Shown piece after piece: positions 20,825 to 31,037 of a DNA stretch of 51,552 nucleotides (its first letter is position 1; each line of letters starts with the position of its first letter). The DNA lies in assembly GCA_944381235.1 (NCBI GenBank), contig CALWKI010000042.1:1-51552 (forward strand). The letters run 5' to 3'. A model generated the notes under the pieces. That model saw nothing but the letters and a program-made list of their open reading frames with translations. It ran no database searches and had not been told where the DNA came from. The position numbers and the translations under genes are program-made. This stretch comes from an uncultured Clostridia bacterium. Lineage in GTDB: Bacteria; Bacillota; Clostridia; Christensenellales; UBA1242.

Positions 20825-23764
20825 TTATGATGAGCCATAAATTTTATTGTAATCTTCCATTGTCATGTAAACCGACCTTGGCTTACTGCCGTCAGAGGAA
20901 GAAATAAACCCAGCCATCTCCATTTGGTCAATAATTTTTGCAGCCCTCTGATAACCTATTGCAAATCGTCTTTGAAGAAGTGAAATTGACGCCTGCCCAT
21001 TTTCTATAACAAGTTTTAACGCGTCTGGCATTAACGAGTCAATGCTTGGCATATTACCAGTGCCACCTCCACTATAACCTCCTTCACCACCATTTCCGCC
21101 GTCACTATTAATTGCTTTTTCAATATTTTCGTCATAGTAGCATGGATTATTTGCTTTTACAAAATCAACAACCGCCTTAACTTCTGGAGTATCAACAAAC
21201 GCACCTTGTACCCTTATTGGTTCACCATCCCTTGGCGAATACAACATATCACCTTTACCAAGTAGTTTTTCAGCACCACCTTGATCAAGGATAGTCTTAG
21301 AATCAACATAGTTAGTCACTGCAAAAGCAATTCTTGTAGGAAGGTTAATTTTAATACTACCAGTAATAATATCAACAGAAGGTCTTTGGGTTGCAAGAAT
21401 AAGGTGAATACCAGCAGCCCTTGCCTTTTGGGTAAGTCTTATAATCCTTTCCTCGAGTTCCTTTTTATTTGTTGTTACAACAAGGTCAGCAAGTTCATCT
21501 ACAATCAAAACAAGATATGGTAATTTTGGTAATTTCTTTGAAAGAACTTCCGGTTGTGCGTTATACTCTTGAAGATTTTTTACAAAACATTCTTGGAAAA
21601 TTGTAAATCTTCTTTCCATTTCGTCAATCAACCAGTCAAAAGCTTGAAGTGCTTTTTTAGGTTCAGTCACAGCCTTTGGCATAAGAAGATGTGGAATATC
21701 GTTATATATTCCAAATTCCACCCTTTTTGGATCAACAAGAATAATTCTTAAGTCTTCTGGACTAGTTCTAAATAAGAAACTCAAAATTAATGCGTTAAGG
21801 CACACACTCTTACCAGATCCTGTCGACCCTGCAACAAGTAAGTGTGGCATCTTGTCAAGATTACAACAATAAACATTACCGTCCACATCTTCACCTAACG
21901 CAAACGTAAGCGGCGCTTTTGACTCAGTGAATCTAGGTGACGACACAATTTCTTTTAAGCCGACCGTCGAAATTTTGTCATTTGGGACCTCAATTCCAAC
22001 AGCACTCTTTCCACGAATTGGGGTCTCAATTCTAATATCACTTTTTGCCGCAAGCGCAAGCGCAATATCTGACGAGTGCGCGTGAATTTTCTTTACAGGA
22101 ATACCAGTTGGCATATGAAGTTCATACCTAGTAACCGCCGCCCCACGCCTTACAGCCTCAACCTTTGCCGGAACTTTAAATTCATTTAAAACATTCTCCA
22201 GCACGTTTATCTTTTCTGCATTATTTGACTCCTCGTCTTCGTCTTTAGGATAAGTCCTAAGAAGGTCAATAGGTGGTCTAACATAACGGCTAGGATAATC
22301 AAAATTTGGCTCTTTTTTCTTATTGTGAGAATTATCCCCTCCACCTAAAACCTCAAAGTTAAAGTTTCTATTAAGGTTTACCGTTTGACCAAGACTACTT
22401 TCAACACTTTCATTTGTGTTATGGTCAGCATACGTTTCGTCAACAAACTTTTGACTTTTTATACTGTTATCACTTTCAATAACAGGCTCTCTTTTTTCAA
22501 ATTCTACAGTTTTACTATTATTATCCGTTTGATTAAATGAATTTGGGTTCAAAGGACTAAATTTTTTTTCAAGAGTTTCTGGCTTAATAAAATCTTCTTC
22601 AAGGTCAACCAAATTTGATATATCATCAACCTCTTCCTCGTCTTCATCATAAAAATTAAACTTTTTCTCAGGCTCAATTTCGTAATTATTAATTTTCTTT
22701 ATCTCTTGTCTCTGTGCAGTATCCTCTAAAACCTCACTAACCTCTTCTCTCTTTAATCTTTCAGTCTGTCTTTCATTGTAAAGTCGCATTTTTTCTTTGT
22801 AATCTTCATAATCTTCAGCGTTAATTATTGGATTGTCATTCTGATTATGCATATCGTGAATTTTAGACAAATACTCGATGTTTTCTTTGAACAATGGATT
22901 TTCCTTTTTTACAACTTTTTCGTCCTCATAAATAAACTTTTGAGGCTTTTCCTCTCTCATTGCCCTATTTTGCCAAGTTGACGACAAAGAATTTGAATAC
23001 AACCTAGGTCTACTTTGCTCTTCAGTTCTTATTTCGCTAACATCCTCTTCTCGTTTCTTTAAGCCTAAAAGTTCTTTAGCCCTTTCTTGTTTGTACTCTT
23101 CTTCAGACATCGGCTCTTCAGTTTCAATTTCTTCTTCTACTGTTTCTTGAGGCTCTATTTTGCTTTTTTCTTCTTTATAATACTCAATATCATCGCTATC
23201 AAAATGGAAAGTTTGATAACTTGGCTTTTCATTTGCCACCCTTATTTTTTGTTTATATTCGTCAAGATATGATATGATAAAATAGATTGAAATAATGAGT
23301 GCTATTCCATAAATTACAATACCTGCAATGTCGTGGAGTAAACTTGTAATTGGGAAAGTGAGCACGCCAATTACAACTCCACCTGGAGTATAAAGCGAAT
23401 AAAAACAAGCCCTAAGGTACTCTCCGTAAGTTAAACTTTCCTCTCTAAACCCAGTAAAAATAATTTGCAAAACACACATAAGGAAGAAAAAGGCAAGACA
23501 CAAATATAAAATGTATTTTGGAGAATAGACAAATCGCTTATTCATAATAAACGCAACACCACAAAGAAGCATAAATAACAAAATAGGATAAAGCATAATA
23601 CCAAAAACACCAAGCAAAAACGCTTTAACCCCATATAAAAATTCAAATGTAGAAAAGACAAAAAGGACGAGAGACAAAACAACCATAATAATTCCAATGG
23701 TCTTTTTCTTCTTAGCAACACTAAAATTGTTCAAGCTCTCGCTATCCAAAACTTTTCCCTCCAC
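20825..23764 (-). CDS. ftsK: DNA translocase FtsK/SpoIIIE
   Basis: N-terminal TM segments, acidic linker, PHLLVAGSTGSGKS, VDELADL, ATQRPS, C-terminal gamma domain SISLLQRRF. Confidence 0.96.
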   Translation of the reverse strand: MEGKVLDSESLNNFSVAKKKKTIGIIMVVLSLVLFVFSTFEFLYGVKAFLLGVFGIMLYPILLFMLLCGVAFIMNKRFVYSPKYILYLCLAFFFLMCVLQIIFTGFREESLTYGEYLRACFYSLYTPGGVVIGVLTFPITSLLHDIAGIVIYGIALIISIYFIISYLDEYKQKIRVANEKPSYQTFHFDSDDIEYYKEEKSKIEPQETVEEEIETEEPMSEEEYKQERAKELLGLKKREEDVSEIRTEEQSRPRLYSNSLSSTWQNRAMREEKPQKFIYEDEKVVKKENPLFKENIEYLSKIHDMHNQNDNPIINAEDYEDYKEKMRLYNERQTERLKREEVSEVLEDTAQRQEIKKINNYEIEPEKKFNFYDEDEEEVDDISNLVDLEEDFIKPETLEKKFSPLNPNSFNQTDNNSKTVEFEKREPVIESDNSIKSQKFVDETYADHNTNESVESSLGQTVNLNRNFNFEVLGGGDNSHNKKKEPNFDYPSRYVRPPIDLLRTYPKDEDEESNNAEKINVLENVLNEFKVPAKVEAVRRGAAVTRYELHMPTGIPVKKIHAHSSDIALALAAKSDIRIETPIRGKSAVGIEVPNDKISTVGLKEIVSSPRFTESKAPLTFALGEDVDGNVYCCNLDKMPHLLVAGSTGSGKSVCLNALILSFLFRTSPEDLRIILVDPKRVEFGIYNDIPHLLMPKAVTEPKKALQAFDWLIDEMERRFTIFQECFVKNLQEYNAQPEVLSKKLPKLPYLVLIVDELADLVVTTNKKELEERIIRLTQKARAAGIHLILATQRPSVDIITGSIKINLPTRIAFAVTNYVDSKTILDQGGAEKLLGKGDMLYSPRDGEPIRVQGAFVDTPEVKAVVDFVKANNPCYYDENIEKAINSDGGNGGEGGYSGGGTGNMPSIDSLMPDALKLVIENGQASISLLQRRFAIGYQRAAKIIDQMEMAGFISSSDGSKPRSVYMTMEDYNKIYGSS

Positions 23765-23818
23765 TACGAAAATTTTAGCACATTTTTTTATACTTTCAAA
23801 AGATTTTTAATAAGTTTT

Positions 23819-25090
23819 TTACTCTAGGCTCTCAAAAATTTCTTCCCGGACACCTTTACTTACAACGCAACCACAAATGTTTGAAAAATTAAACACCTTC
23901 CTCGCAACTCTCATAAGGTCGTCTAAACTCACTGCGTCTATCTCTTGTAATTTTTCTTCCATTGTTAAAACTTTTCCAAAAAGCAAGGTGTTTACCATAT
24001 TTTTTCTTGCAATTCTTGAAGATTTTTCATTACTATATAAAAGTGAACTTTTTAGATATATTTTTGCCCGCTCAAGTTCTTTAGCATCAATTCCTTTTTT
24101 AAGGAGGTCGTTTATCTCGCGCTTTATTATATCAACCGCTTTTTTTGCACTTTTATCATTTGTTCCAAAACATATACTAAAATCACCGCCAAACTCATAC
24201 ATTGTCGCAAAACTTGAAATTGAATACACAAGCCCCTCGTCATCTCGCACATGTCTAAAAAGTCGAGATCCCATAGAACCACCTAAAATATATGATAATA
24301 CTTGATTTGTCATATAATCAGTACTATAAACATTATCTGTTGGAAAGCCAAAAATGACTTGTGCTTGATTAACATCCTTTTTTACGCTGATAAACTTTTT
24401 ATCAGGGACTATAGTTCTCGACTTGTTTTTTTCTTCAACCTTTCCCTTTATTCCTTTAAAAAATTTATCATTAATATAAGTTGTTACATACTCTTTTACT
24501 TTATTAAACTTAACACTTGTTGTTACAGAAACTATAATTTTGTTTGGAACATAATATTCCTTTACAAAACTTATTATCTCTTTTCTACCAATATTTTTTA
24601 ACGTTTCCTTAGTCCCTAACGCGTCAAGAGACAAAATTGAACCCGAATAAAAGATTTTATTATAATTTTGAAACGCGACTCCTTGTGGATCATCTGCGTC
24701 TCTATCAATTTCCTCAAAAATAACTTTTCTTTCAGTCTCAATGTCCTCTTCGTTATAAGTAGAACAAAAGACGATTTCGCTAAGAAGGTCAAACATTTCT
24801 TCAAATTTTTCACTGAGCCCTGTCGCATAATAACAAGTCCTATTAATTGTCGTGTAAGCATTGACACTTGCACCAATCTCTTCAAAATTTTGTGCAATGT
24901 CCTTCCCTTCTCTTTTTTTAGTCCCCTTAAACGACATATGTTCTATAAAATGCGATATACCAAGATTATTTTCGTTTTCATCAATCGCCCCTACATTAAT
25001 ACAAATATTTATGCTCGCAGGACGCGTGTCTTCAATTTCTTGATATACAAGTCTAAGTCCACTAGGAAATGTATGTGTGTGCACCTTCAT
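23819..25090 (-). CDS. M16 family zinc metallopeptidase
   Basis: Inverted zincin motif HFIEH, NAYT, SRLFRHVR. Confidence 0.92.
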   Translation of the reverse strand: MKVHTHTFPSGLRLVYQEIEDTRPASINICINVGAIDENENNLGISHFIEHMSFKGTKKREGKDIAQNFEEIGASVNAYTTINRTCYYATGLSEKFEEMFDLLSEIVFCSTYNEEDIETERKVIFEEIDRDADDPQGVAFQNYNKIFYSGSILSLDALGTKETLKNIGRKEIISFVKEYYVPNKIIVSVTTSVKFNKVKEYVTTYINDKFFKGIKGKVEEKNKSRTIVPDKKFISVKKDVNQAQVIFGFPTDNVYSTDYMTNQVLSYILGGSMGSRLFRHVRDDEGLVYSISSFATMYEFGGDFSICFGTNDKSAKKAVDIIKREINDLLKKGIDAKELERAKIYLKSSLLYSNEKSSRIARKNMVNTLLFGKVLTMEEKLQEIDAVSLDDLMRVARKVFNFSNICGCVVSKGVREEIFESLE

Positions 25091-25309
25091 ATTGTAAATA
25101 ACTCCTTTGAGAGTAATTATAACCTTTAATTCAAAAATTCAAAAATGATTTTATTATTTTTTTCTTTTTATTTAGTCATTTTGCATATGTCCATTTTTAA
25201 CAATTTTTTTGCTCAAGAATTTTGTTTTTTAATGAAATTTTATAAAAACCATATAAAAACTAGCAAAAAAATAAATAAAATACCTTGTTTTTTTAAATTT
25301 TACACTTAT

Positions 25310-26044
25310 TTAGGTTATACCAAGTGTGTTACTTACTGTCGTCACGTTGAGCCCTTTTTCTTGAAGTGTCGATATGATTTTACCTAAAACCTTTGCCGTT
25401 TTTTCGGTTGGGTGCATAAGTATTAAATCTCCACCGACAGTCTTTTCAGTCGCACGCTTAAAAATCAAATCTTCGTCTTTGTCTCGCCAGTCAATAGTGT
25501 CTCTGCTCCACATTATAGTTTTATAGCCCATACTTTCGGCGACATTCAATACTTTTTCATTAAGACTACCCGATGGCGGCGCAAAGAGTGTGGTTTTTTT
25601 ACCTATTATTCCTTCAATAAGCTCCTCGGTCATATAAATTTCACTCTTATTTGCCTCAGTTGAAATCTTTGCATGGTCTTTGTGAAAATATCCATGGTTA
25701 CCAATCTCATGCCCAGCGTTACTAATTTTTTGCAACATTTCATTGTTTTTACCTGCCCAGTATCCACCTATAAAAAAGGTCGTTTTGACATTGTACTCGC
25801 TAAGGGTTGCAAGCATGTCATCTAAATATTCAGTCCCCCAATAAACATTAATCATAAGACTAACATTGTTTGACGACTTGTCTCCCGTGTAATACGCCGG
25901 CGCACTTGCTTCATAAACAGTGCTTGAAATCGGTAAAAACACCGACACCCCAAGTACAAGCACAACAAGTAGCCCCAAAATTATGTTGCACGTAACATTA
26001 ACAAACTTCTTTTCATTATTTACATTAAAACCAATTATCTTCAT
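25310..26044 (-). CDS. Polysaccharide deacetylase (YlxY/PdaB-like), N-terminal TM anchor
   Basis: SLMINVYWG, TFFIGG, EIGNHGYFH, LFAPPSG, LILMHP. Confidence 0.88.
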   Translation of the reverse strand: MKIIGFNVNNEKKFVNVTCNIILGLLVVLVLGVSVFLPISSTVYEASAPAYYTGDKSSNNVSLMINVYWGTEYLDDMLATLSEYNVKTTFFIGGYWAGKNNEMLQKISNAGHEIGNHGYFHKDHAKISTEANKSEIYMTEELIEGIIGKKTTLFAPPSGSLNEKVLNVAESMGYKTIMWSRDTIDWRDKDEDLIFKRATEKTVGGDLILMHPTEKTAKVLGKIISTLQEKGLNVTTVSNTLGIT

Positions 26045-26477
26045 ACTAAAACTATATGAAAATAATTTGATATATTATGCAAAAAATAAATGTTAGGCTA
26101 AAAGTAATAAGATATAATATAATCATAAACGTAAAAAATCAGCAAAAGGATAAGAAGAATATTTATATAATAAGTATTGTACGAAAGGTAATATACATAT
26201 TTACTTTCGTTTCCTATTAATCTTTGGTATGGTATAACTACATTTTTAAGTTACAATAAAAAACTCTCTTTGTTAAGAAATTATCTTTAGATTTTTAAAA
26301 TAATTTTACATTAAGTAAGTAATAACTTATACTAAACAATTAATTAGATATTCTTAATTAATTATGGCGACTTTTCTGATGCAAAGAAAACTGCTACTTA
26401 TAACAAAAAAAAAGATATGAGTAAATTATCATACCTTTTTAACCAAAAACTAAAAAAGATAACTTATAAATAATAAC

Positions 26478-26819
26478 TTATCTTTGTTCCTTAATATTTG
26501 TAGCCTTACCTGAAAGACCTCTTAAGTAAAATAATTTTGCCCTTCTTACTTTACCTTTTTTCAAAACATCTATTCTGTCTATTCTTGGACTATGAAGAGG
26601 GAAAGTTCTTTCAACACCGACACCAAAAGAGATACGTCTCACCGTAAAGTTTTCTCTTATCCCACCATTTTTGCGTGCAATAACAGTGCCTTCATAACCC
26701 TGAATTCTCTCCTTATTACCTTCTTTAATCTTATAATAAACCTTGACAGTGTCGCCAATGCCAAAATCTGGAACAGAATCTTTTACGCTTTCTTTTTCAA
26801 TAACATCTATAAGGTTCAT
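26478..26819 (-). CDS. rplS: 50S ribosomal protein L19
   Basis: [25 protein letters not shown]; start moved to the ATG at 26819 behind GGAGG. Confidence 0.97.
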   Translation of the reverse strand: MNLIDVIEKESVKDSVPDFGIGDTVKVYYKIKEGNKERIQGYEGTVIARKNGGIRENFTVRRISFGVGVERTFPLHSPRIDRIDVLKKGKVRRAKLFYLRGLSGKATNIKEQR

Positions 26820-26906
26820 TTTCTTGCCTCCATTTTCAAATGCAAAATATATTAACATAACACGATAAAAATTGCAAGCATTTTTTTGCAACTAATATTA
26901 TTTTAA

Positions 26907-27272
26907 CTAAAAAATATTTTCAATATGTTCAATTCTAAAGGTATCATCGTAGCCAAGTATTGACACACAATCAAATCTTACGAAAACTTTATCATAAAGC
27001 CCCTTGTCTTTTAGGTACAAAATTGCCGTATTTTTTATCTTTTTTTGCTTTTTAAAATTAATCGCCTCAAAAGGCAACCCATATGACACGCTATCTCTTG
27101 TTTTAACCTCTACAAAGACAATAACGTCGTCAATACTCGCTATTACATCAATCTCGCCAATAGAATTTTTCATATTTCTTTGTAAAATTGTATAACCCTT
27201 CCTAATCAAATAGTGACAAGCTATATCTTCACCAAGACCACCGAGTTCTTTGTTTTTATTTTTTTTAAACAT
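26907..27272 (-). CDS. YraN/UPF0102 family nuclease-like protein
   Basis: GEDIA, GEIDVIA, VFVEVKTR, RFD. Confidence 0.92.
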   Translation of the reverse strand: MFKKNKNKELGGLGEDIACHYLIRKGYTILQRNMKNSIGEIDVIASIDDVIVFVEVKTRDSVSYGLPFEAINFKKQKKIKNTAILYLKDKGLYDKVFVRFDCVSILGYDDTFRIEHIENIF

Positions 27273-27300
27273 ATAATCCCTTTTTTATTAAAACCCAATT

Positions 27301-27888
27301 TTATACAAAATGTTTAATAAAACTATCCCTATGTATCTCACATTTACCATATTTCTTTAGAAGTTCAATATGCTCTTTTGTTCCATACCCCTTGTGCTTT
27401 TCAAAATGATACTCCGGATAATTGCGAGATAATTCTACCATTTTTCTATCCCTATAAACCTTTGCTAAAATTGACGCTGCGGCAATGTTATAACTCAAAC
27501 TATCGCCATGAATAATTCCTACCTCGCGAATACCACTATTTAGCGTCAAAGCATCAATCAAAACGGTGCTTGGTTTTACACTCATATTATCAAGCGCACG
27601 CCTTAATCCAAGTTTTGTCGCTTCAAGAATGTTTATTTTATCAATGGTTTTTTCGTCTACCTCAATAATTGAATAACTAATTGCGGTATTAATAATTTTG
27701 TCAAATAGTGCTTCTCTTTTTTTAGGCGTCAACTTCTTACTATCATTTACTCCGTCAATTCGCTTGTCCTCGTCAAGTGGCATAATAACGCAAGCACATA
27801 CGACAGGTCCCGCAAGAGGTCCGCGCCCCGCCTCGTCCATGCCAGCAACCAAACCAAACTCAGAATATTTTTCTTCGTACTCAAACAT
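27301..27888 (-). CDS. rnhB: Ribonuclease HII
   Basis: GMDEAGRGPLAGPV, NDSKKL, IAAASILAKV. Confidence 0.97.
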   Translation of the reverse strand: MFEYEEKYSEFGLVAGMDEAGRGPLAGPVVCACVIMPLDEDKRIDGVNDSKKLTPKKREALFDKIINTAISYSIIEVDEKTIDKINILEATKLGLRRALDNMSVKPSTVLIDALTLNSGIREVGIIHGDSLSYNIAAASILAKVYRDRKMVELSRNYPEYHFEKHKGYGTKEHIELLKKYGKCEIHRDSFIKHFV

Positions 27889-27894
27889 ACTGTT

Positions 27895-28752
27895 CTAATC
27901 TAGGAAAATTTTACCCAGCCTCCCTTTCCTAAAATCGTCTAAAATAAGTTTTGCACACCTATCATAATCTAATTCGTCTTTTTTTAAGATTGCTCCACGA
28001 GAAATACAAATTTTTTCAAAAGTTGTTAAAGTGTCTTCATCTTCCTCAATTTTAATATTGTATCTACCCTCAATTAAACTTTTATATTTTACCGAAATGT
28101 CTTTAATAAAACTAAACGCAATGTCATTAAGGTCTAAAACTTCGTCTTTTATACTTCCAATATACGCTAAATTCCTTGCAACCTTATCATCTTGAAAAGA
28201 AGGCCAAAGTGTACCGGGCGTATCTAAAAGTATAAGTCCCTCCTTTGTCACAACCCATTGTTTACCTTTTGTTACTCCAGGTTTGTTTCCAGTAATAGTC
28301 TTCGCACTGCTGCATAAGTTGTTAATTAAAGTACTTTTCCCGACATTCGGAACGCCTACCACCATTGCCTTTAAAGAATAATTTATCCCCTTGTCGCTTT
28401 TAAGTTTCAATTTTTCTTTCATTAAATTTTTTGCGACTGAAAAAATCATTTTGGCTGAATTTGACTGAGTTGCATTAAGCATAACTACAAGAGAATTTTC
28501 ACTCATTAATTTCTTTTCAACAAACTTTAAGTCACTAGAATTTACTAGGTCACTTTTTGTTATGACATATATTATTTTTTTGTTCTTTGCAATCTCTGTT
28601 AATTTTGGATTAAGACATGAAAGCGGAGCACGTGCATCAAGACAGTATAAAATTAGGTCAACATTGCTTAATTCTTTTTCCATTTGTCGAATTGCCTTAG
28701 TCATATGCCCGGGAAACCAGTTTATACTAGATTTAGTTTTACTTACTTCCAT
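27895..28752 (-). CDS. rbgA: Ribosome biogenesis GTPase RbgA/YlqF
   Basis: WFPGHM, DARAP, GVPNVGKS, DTPG; start placed at the ATG 28752 behind GAGG. Confidence 0.95.
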   Translation of the reverse strand: MEVSKTKSSINWFPGHMTKAIRQMEKELSNVDLILYCLDARAPLSCLNPKLTEIAKNKKIIYVITKSDLVNSSDLKFVEKKLMSENSLVVMLNATQSNSAKMIFSVAKNLMKEKLKLKSDKGINYSLKAMVVGVPNVGKSTLINNLCSSAKTITGNKPGVTKGKQWVVTKEGLILLDTPGTLWPSFQDDKVARNLAYIGSIKDEVLDLNDIAFSFIKDISVKYKSLIEGRYNIKIEEDEDTLTTFEKICISRGAILKKDELDYDRCAKLILDDFRKGRLGKIFLD

Positions 28753-28765
28753 TTTTTCCTCTTTT

Positions 28766-29209
28766 TTAATTTTCATATTTCATATAATACCTAGTCTCAG
28801 TCTCATCTACAATTTTAAATTTTAGTTTAAGATATAGTGAAATCGCCTTTTTATTTGATTTGTAAACCCACAGATATACTATTTTGTATTTGTTTAAAAT
28901 GTTTTTTAAAATATCTGTTCCAATACCCTTATTCCTATGTTCTGACACTAAATAAATTTTATCAATTAGCACTCTATCTTCTTCAAACTTAACCTTTACA
29001 CATCCAATCCTAATGTTATCAATATAAACAACTTTATAATTTTCTAAATTAGCATTGATGTCGTTTTTTATATAAGAAATAATCTTTAACTTTTCCTCTT
29101 TTGAGATAGATTCTGGTTGTTCTAAAAATATGTTCAAAACAAATTCATTTAGTTTTTCAATGTCTTCCTTAGTTGCCTTTACAACTTTATATCCTTCACT
29201 GTTACTCAC
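28766..29209 (-). CDS. GNAT family acetyltransferase
   Basis: Motif A HRNKGIG and NKKAISLYLKLKF. Confidence 0.85.
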   Translation of the reverse strand: MSNSEGYKVVKATKEDIEKLNEFVLNIFLEQPESISKEEKLKIISYIKNDINANLENYKVVYIDNIRIGCVKVKFEEDRVLIDKIYLVSEHRNKGIGTDILKNILNKYKIVYLWVYKSNKKAISLYLKLKFKIVDETETRYYMKYEN

Positions 29210-29229
29210 AACTAGCCCTCCTATAGAAT

Positions 29230-29925
29230 CTATTCTTTATCTAATTTGCGAATATAATTTCTATAAAGATCAGGTCGTCTAAGCCTCGTAATTTCGATAG
29301 ATTTTTCAAGTCTCCAATCTTTTATCTTACCATGATTGCCACTAGTTAAAACATCTGGGACTTCAAGTCCCATAAAAACTTGTGGCCTAGTGTACTGCGG
29401 ATATTCTAAGAGACCATTTGAAAAAGATTCTTCCTCAGTCGTCATAGTATTTCCTAGCACATTTGGGACATATCTAGAAATGCTATCTACAAAAACCATG
29501 GCTGGTATTTCCCCACCTGTTAAAACGTAATCTCCGATAGAAATCTCTTCGTCAACGCAAAGTTCAATTATCCTTTCATCAATTCCTTCATAGTGTCCAC
29601 AAATTAAAATAAGATCATCATAAGTTTTAGATATCTCTTTAACCTTATCTTGACTTAATAATTCTCCTCTCGGCGAAAAATATATAATGTGACTTTTATC
29701 AGTTTTAACGCTTTTTATTGCATCAAAAAGTGGCTGAGGCGTCATAATCATACCTGCACCCCCACCGTAAGAATAGTCATCACATCTTTTGTTGTTGTCA
29801 AGCGAAAAATCTCTTATATTTACAATATTAATGTCAATTAAATTTTTTTCTTGAGCCCGACCTAAAATGCTATAATTTAAACTATCAAACATCTCCGGGA
29901 AAAGAGTCAAAATAGTTATTTTCAT
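29230..29925 (-). CDS. trmD: tRNA (guanine-N1)-methyltransferase
   Basis: YGGGAGM, CGHYEGIDER, SIGDYVLTGGE. Confidence 0.98.
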   Translation of the reverse strand: MKITILTLFPEMFDSLNYSILGRAQEKNLIDINIVNIRDFSLDNNKRCDDYSYGGGAGMIMTPQPLFDAIKSVKTDKSHIIYFSPRGELLSQDKVKEISKTYDDLILICGHYEGIDERIIELCVDEEISIGDYVLTGGEIPAMVFVDSISRYVPNVLGNTMTTEEESFSNGLLEYPQYTRPQVFMGLEVPDVLTSGNHGKIKDWRLEKSIEITRLRRPDLYRNYIRKLDKE

Positions 29926-30404
29926 ATCAAAACCTCATCTAATTTTGATTTTTTTACAACAACTCTTTTTTGGTCAATATCGACATTAAGAATTAGATCT
30001 TTTAAAAAAGGAAAACTGCTTACTGCTCCCATTTTAACTACGTTAACAATATCTGCACTACCATATTTTTCAATACTATCAACTACGCCTACAAAGTTAC
30101 CAAGATCATCGTAAACACTACAATTTTCAAGGTCACTAATAAGGTAATCTCCACGTCTAACATCTTCTTCCCTAGCCATTAGAGTCTTATTTCTTAATTT
30201 TTCTGCCTCTTCAACACTAGAAACACCACTTAAGAATAAATACAAAAATCCTTTATAAAATCGGAAACCTATTATATTATAAATGTTTTTATCTATATAA
30301 ACATTTTTAACCTCACGCCAAAAAGAGGTGTCTTTGTTAAACATTTCAAGTTTGACTTCCCCTTTTAAACCATGAGGTTTTAAAATTTTTGCAACACTTA
30401 TCAT
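29922..30404 (-). CDS. rimM: Ribosome maturation factor RimM
   Basis: PHGLKGEVK; rpsP-khpA-rimM-trmD synteny. Confidence 0.93.
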   Translation of the reverse strand: MISVAKILKPHGLKGEVKLEMFNKDTSFWREVKNVYIDKNIYNIIGFRFYKGFLYLFLSGVSSVEEAEKLRNKTLMAREEDVRRGDYLISDLENCSVYDDLGNFVGVVDSIEKYGSADIVNVVKMGAVSSFPFLKDLILNVDIDQKRVVVKKSKLDEVLI

Positions 30405-30410
30405 AACTTT

Positions 30411-30641
30411 TTACTTTTTAATTTTAAAAATAATTTTTTTACTACCTTCTCGCCCAGCAGAATGTAAAATTGCCCTAATTGCCTGTGCAACTTTACCATT
30501 TTTCCCAATAATCTTACCTATGTCAGAGTCTGCAACGCTTACTTCAAAAACTACAGCGTTTTCTTCCTCTTGTTTTTGTATATCAATCTTGTCCTTTTCG
30601 TCCACAAGGCTTTCAACTATAAATTTAAGTAATTCTTCCAT
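30411..30641 (-). CDS. khpA: KH-domain RNA-binding protein KhpA
   Basis: DIGKIIGKNG, 76 aa, after rpsP. Confidence 0.92.
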   Translation of the reverse strand: MEELLKFIVESLVDEKDKIDIQKQEEENAVVFEVSVADSDIGKIIGKNGKVAQAIRAILHSAGREGSKKIIFKIKK

Positions 30642-30664
30642 TTTTTCTCCTTTTTACTTATATT

Positions 30665-30970
30665 TTAAGCCTTTTTTGCATCTTTTTTCTTAGGAACAAT
30701 TCTTTTACTAGCATAAGGTTTTGGGTTTTCAACAATACCTGCTTTAACAAGCAAAGTCCTTGCAGTTTCAGTTGGTTGTGCACCATTTTTTAGCCAAGTT
30801 AAAGTCTTTTCTTTGTCAAGTTTCAAGTTGTCATTTTCTATAAGTGGATTAAAATATCCAAGACTATCAATAACTTTTCCATCTCTACTTGTCCTTGCGT
30901 CTGCCACAACTACTCTATAAAATGGACTTTTCTTGTCCCCCATTCTCGTTAGTCTAATCTTAACTGCCAT
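30665..30970 (-). CDS. rpsP: 30S ribosomal protein S16
   Basis: [11 protein letters not shown]...[14 protein letters not shown]. Confidence 0.98.
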   Translation of the reverse strand: MAVKIRLTRMGDKKSPFYRVVVADARTSRDGKVIDSLGYFNPLIENDNLKLDKEKTLTWLKNGAQPTETARTLLVKAGIVENPKPYASKRIVPKKKDAKKA

Positions 30971-31037
30971 TTTCTCTCTCCTTTGTTAAATTTTTATATA
31001 TACACAAATTTTTTGCTAAAAATTTGTAAAAACCAAA

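Noticed and set aside
26045-26477. Long AT-rich gap as a hidden gene or sRNA
   Set aside because: Only a weak hairpin (ACGAAAG/CTTTCGT, 26181-26210) and a weak terminator; no ORF with RBS or recognisable RNA motif.
28766-29209. GNAT between trmD and rbgA as a toxin-antitoxin toxin
   Set aside because: No adjacent small antitoxin gene; it looks like an ordinary acetyltransferase inserted in the operon.
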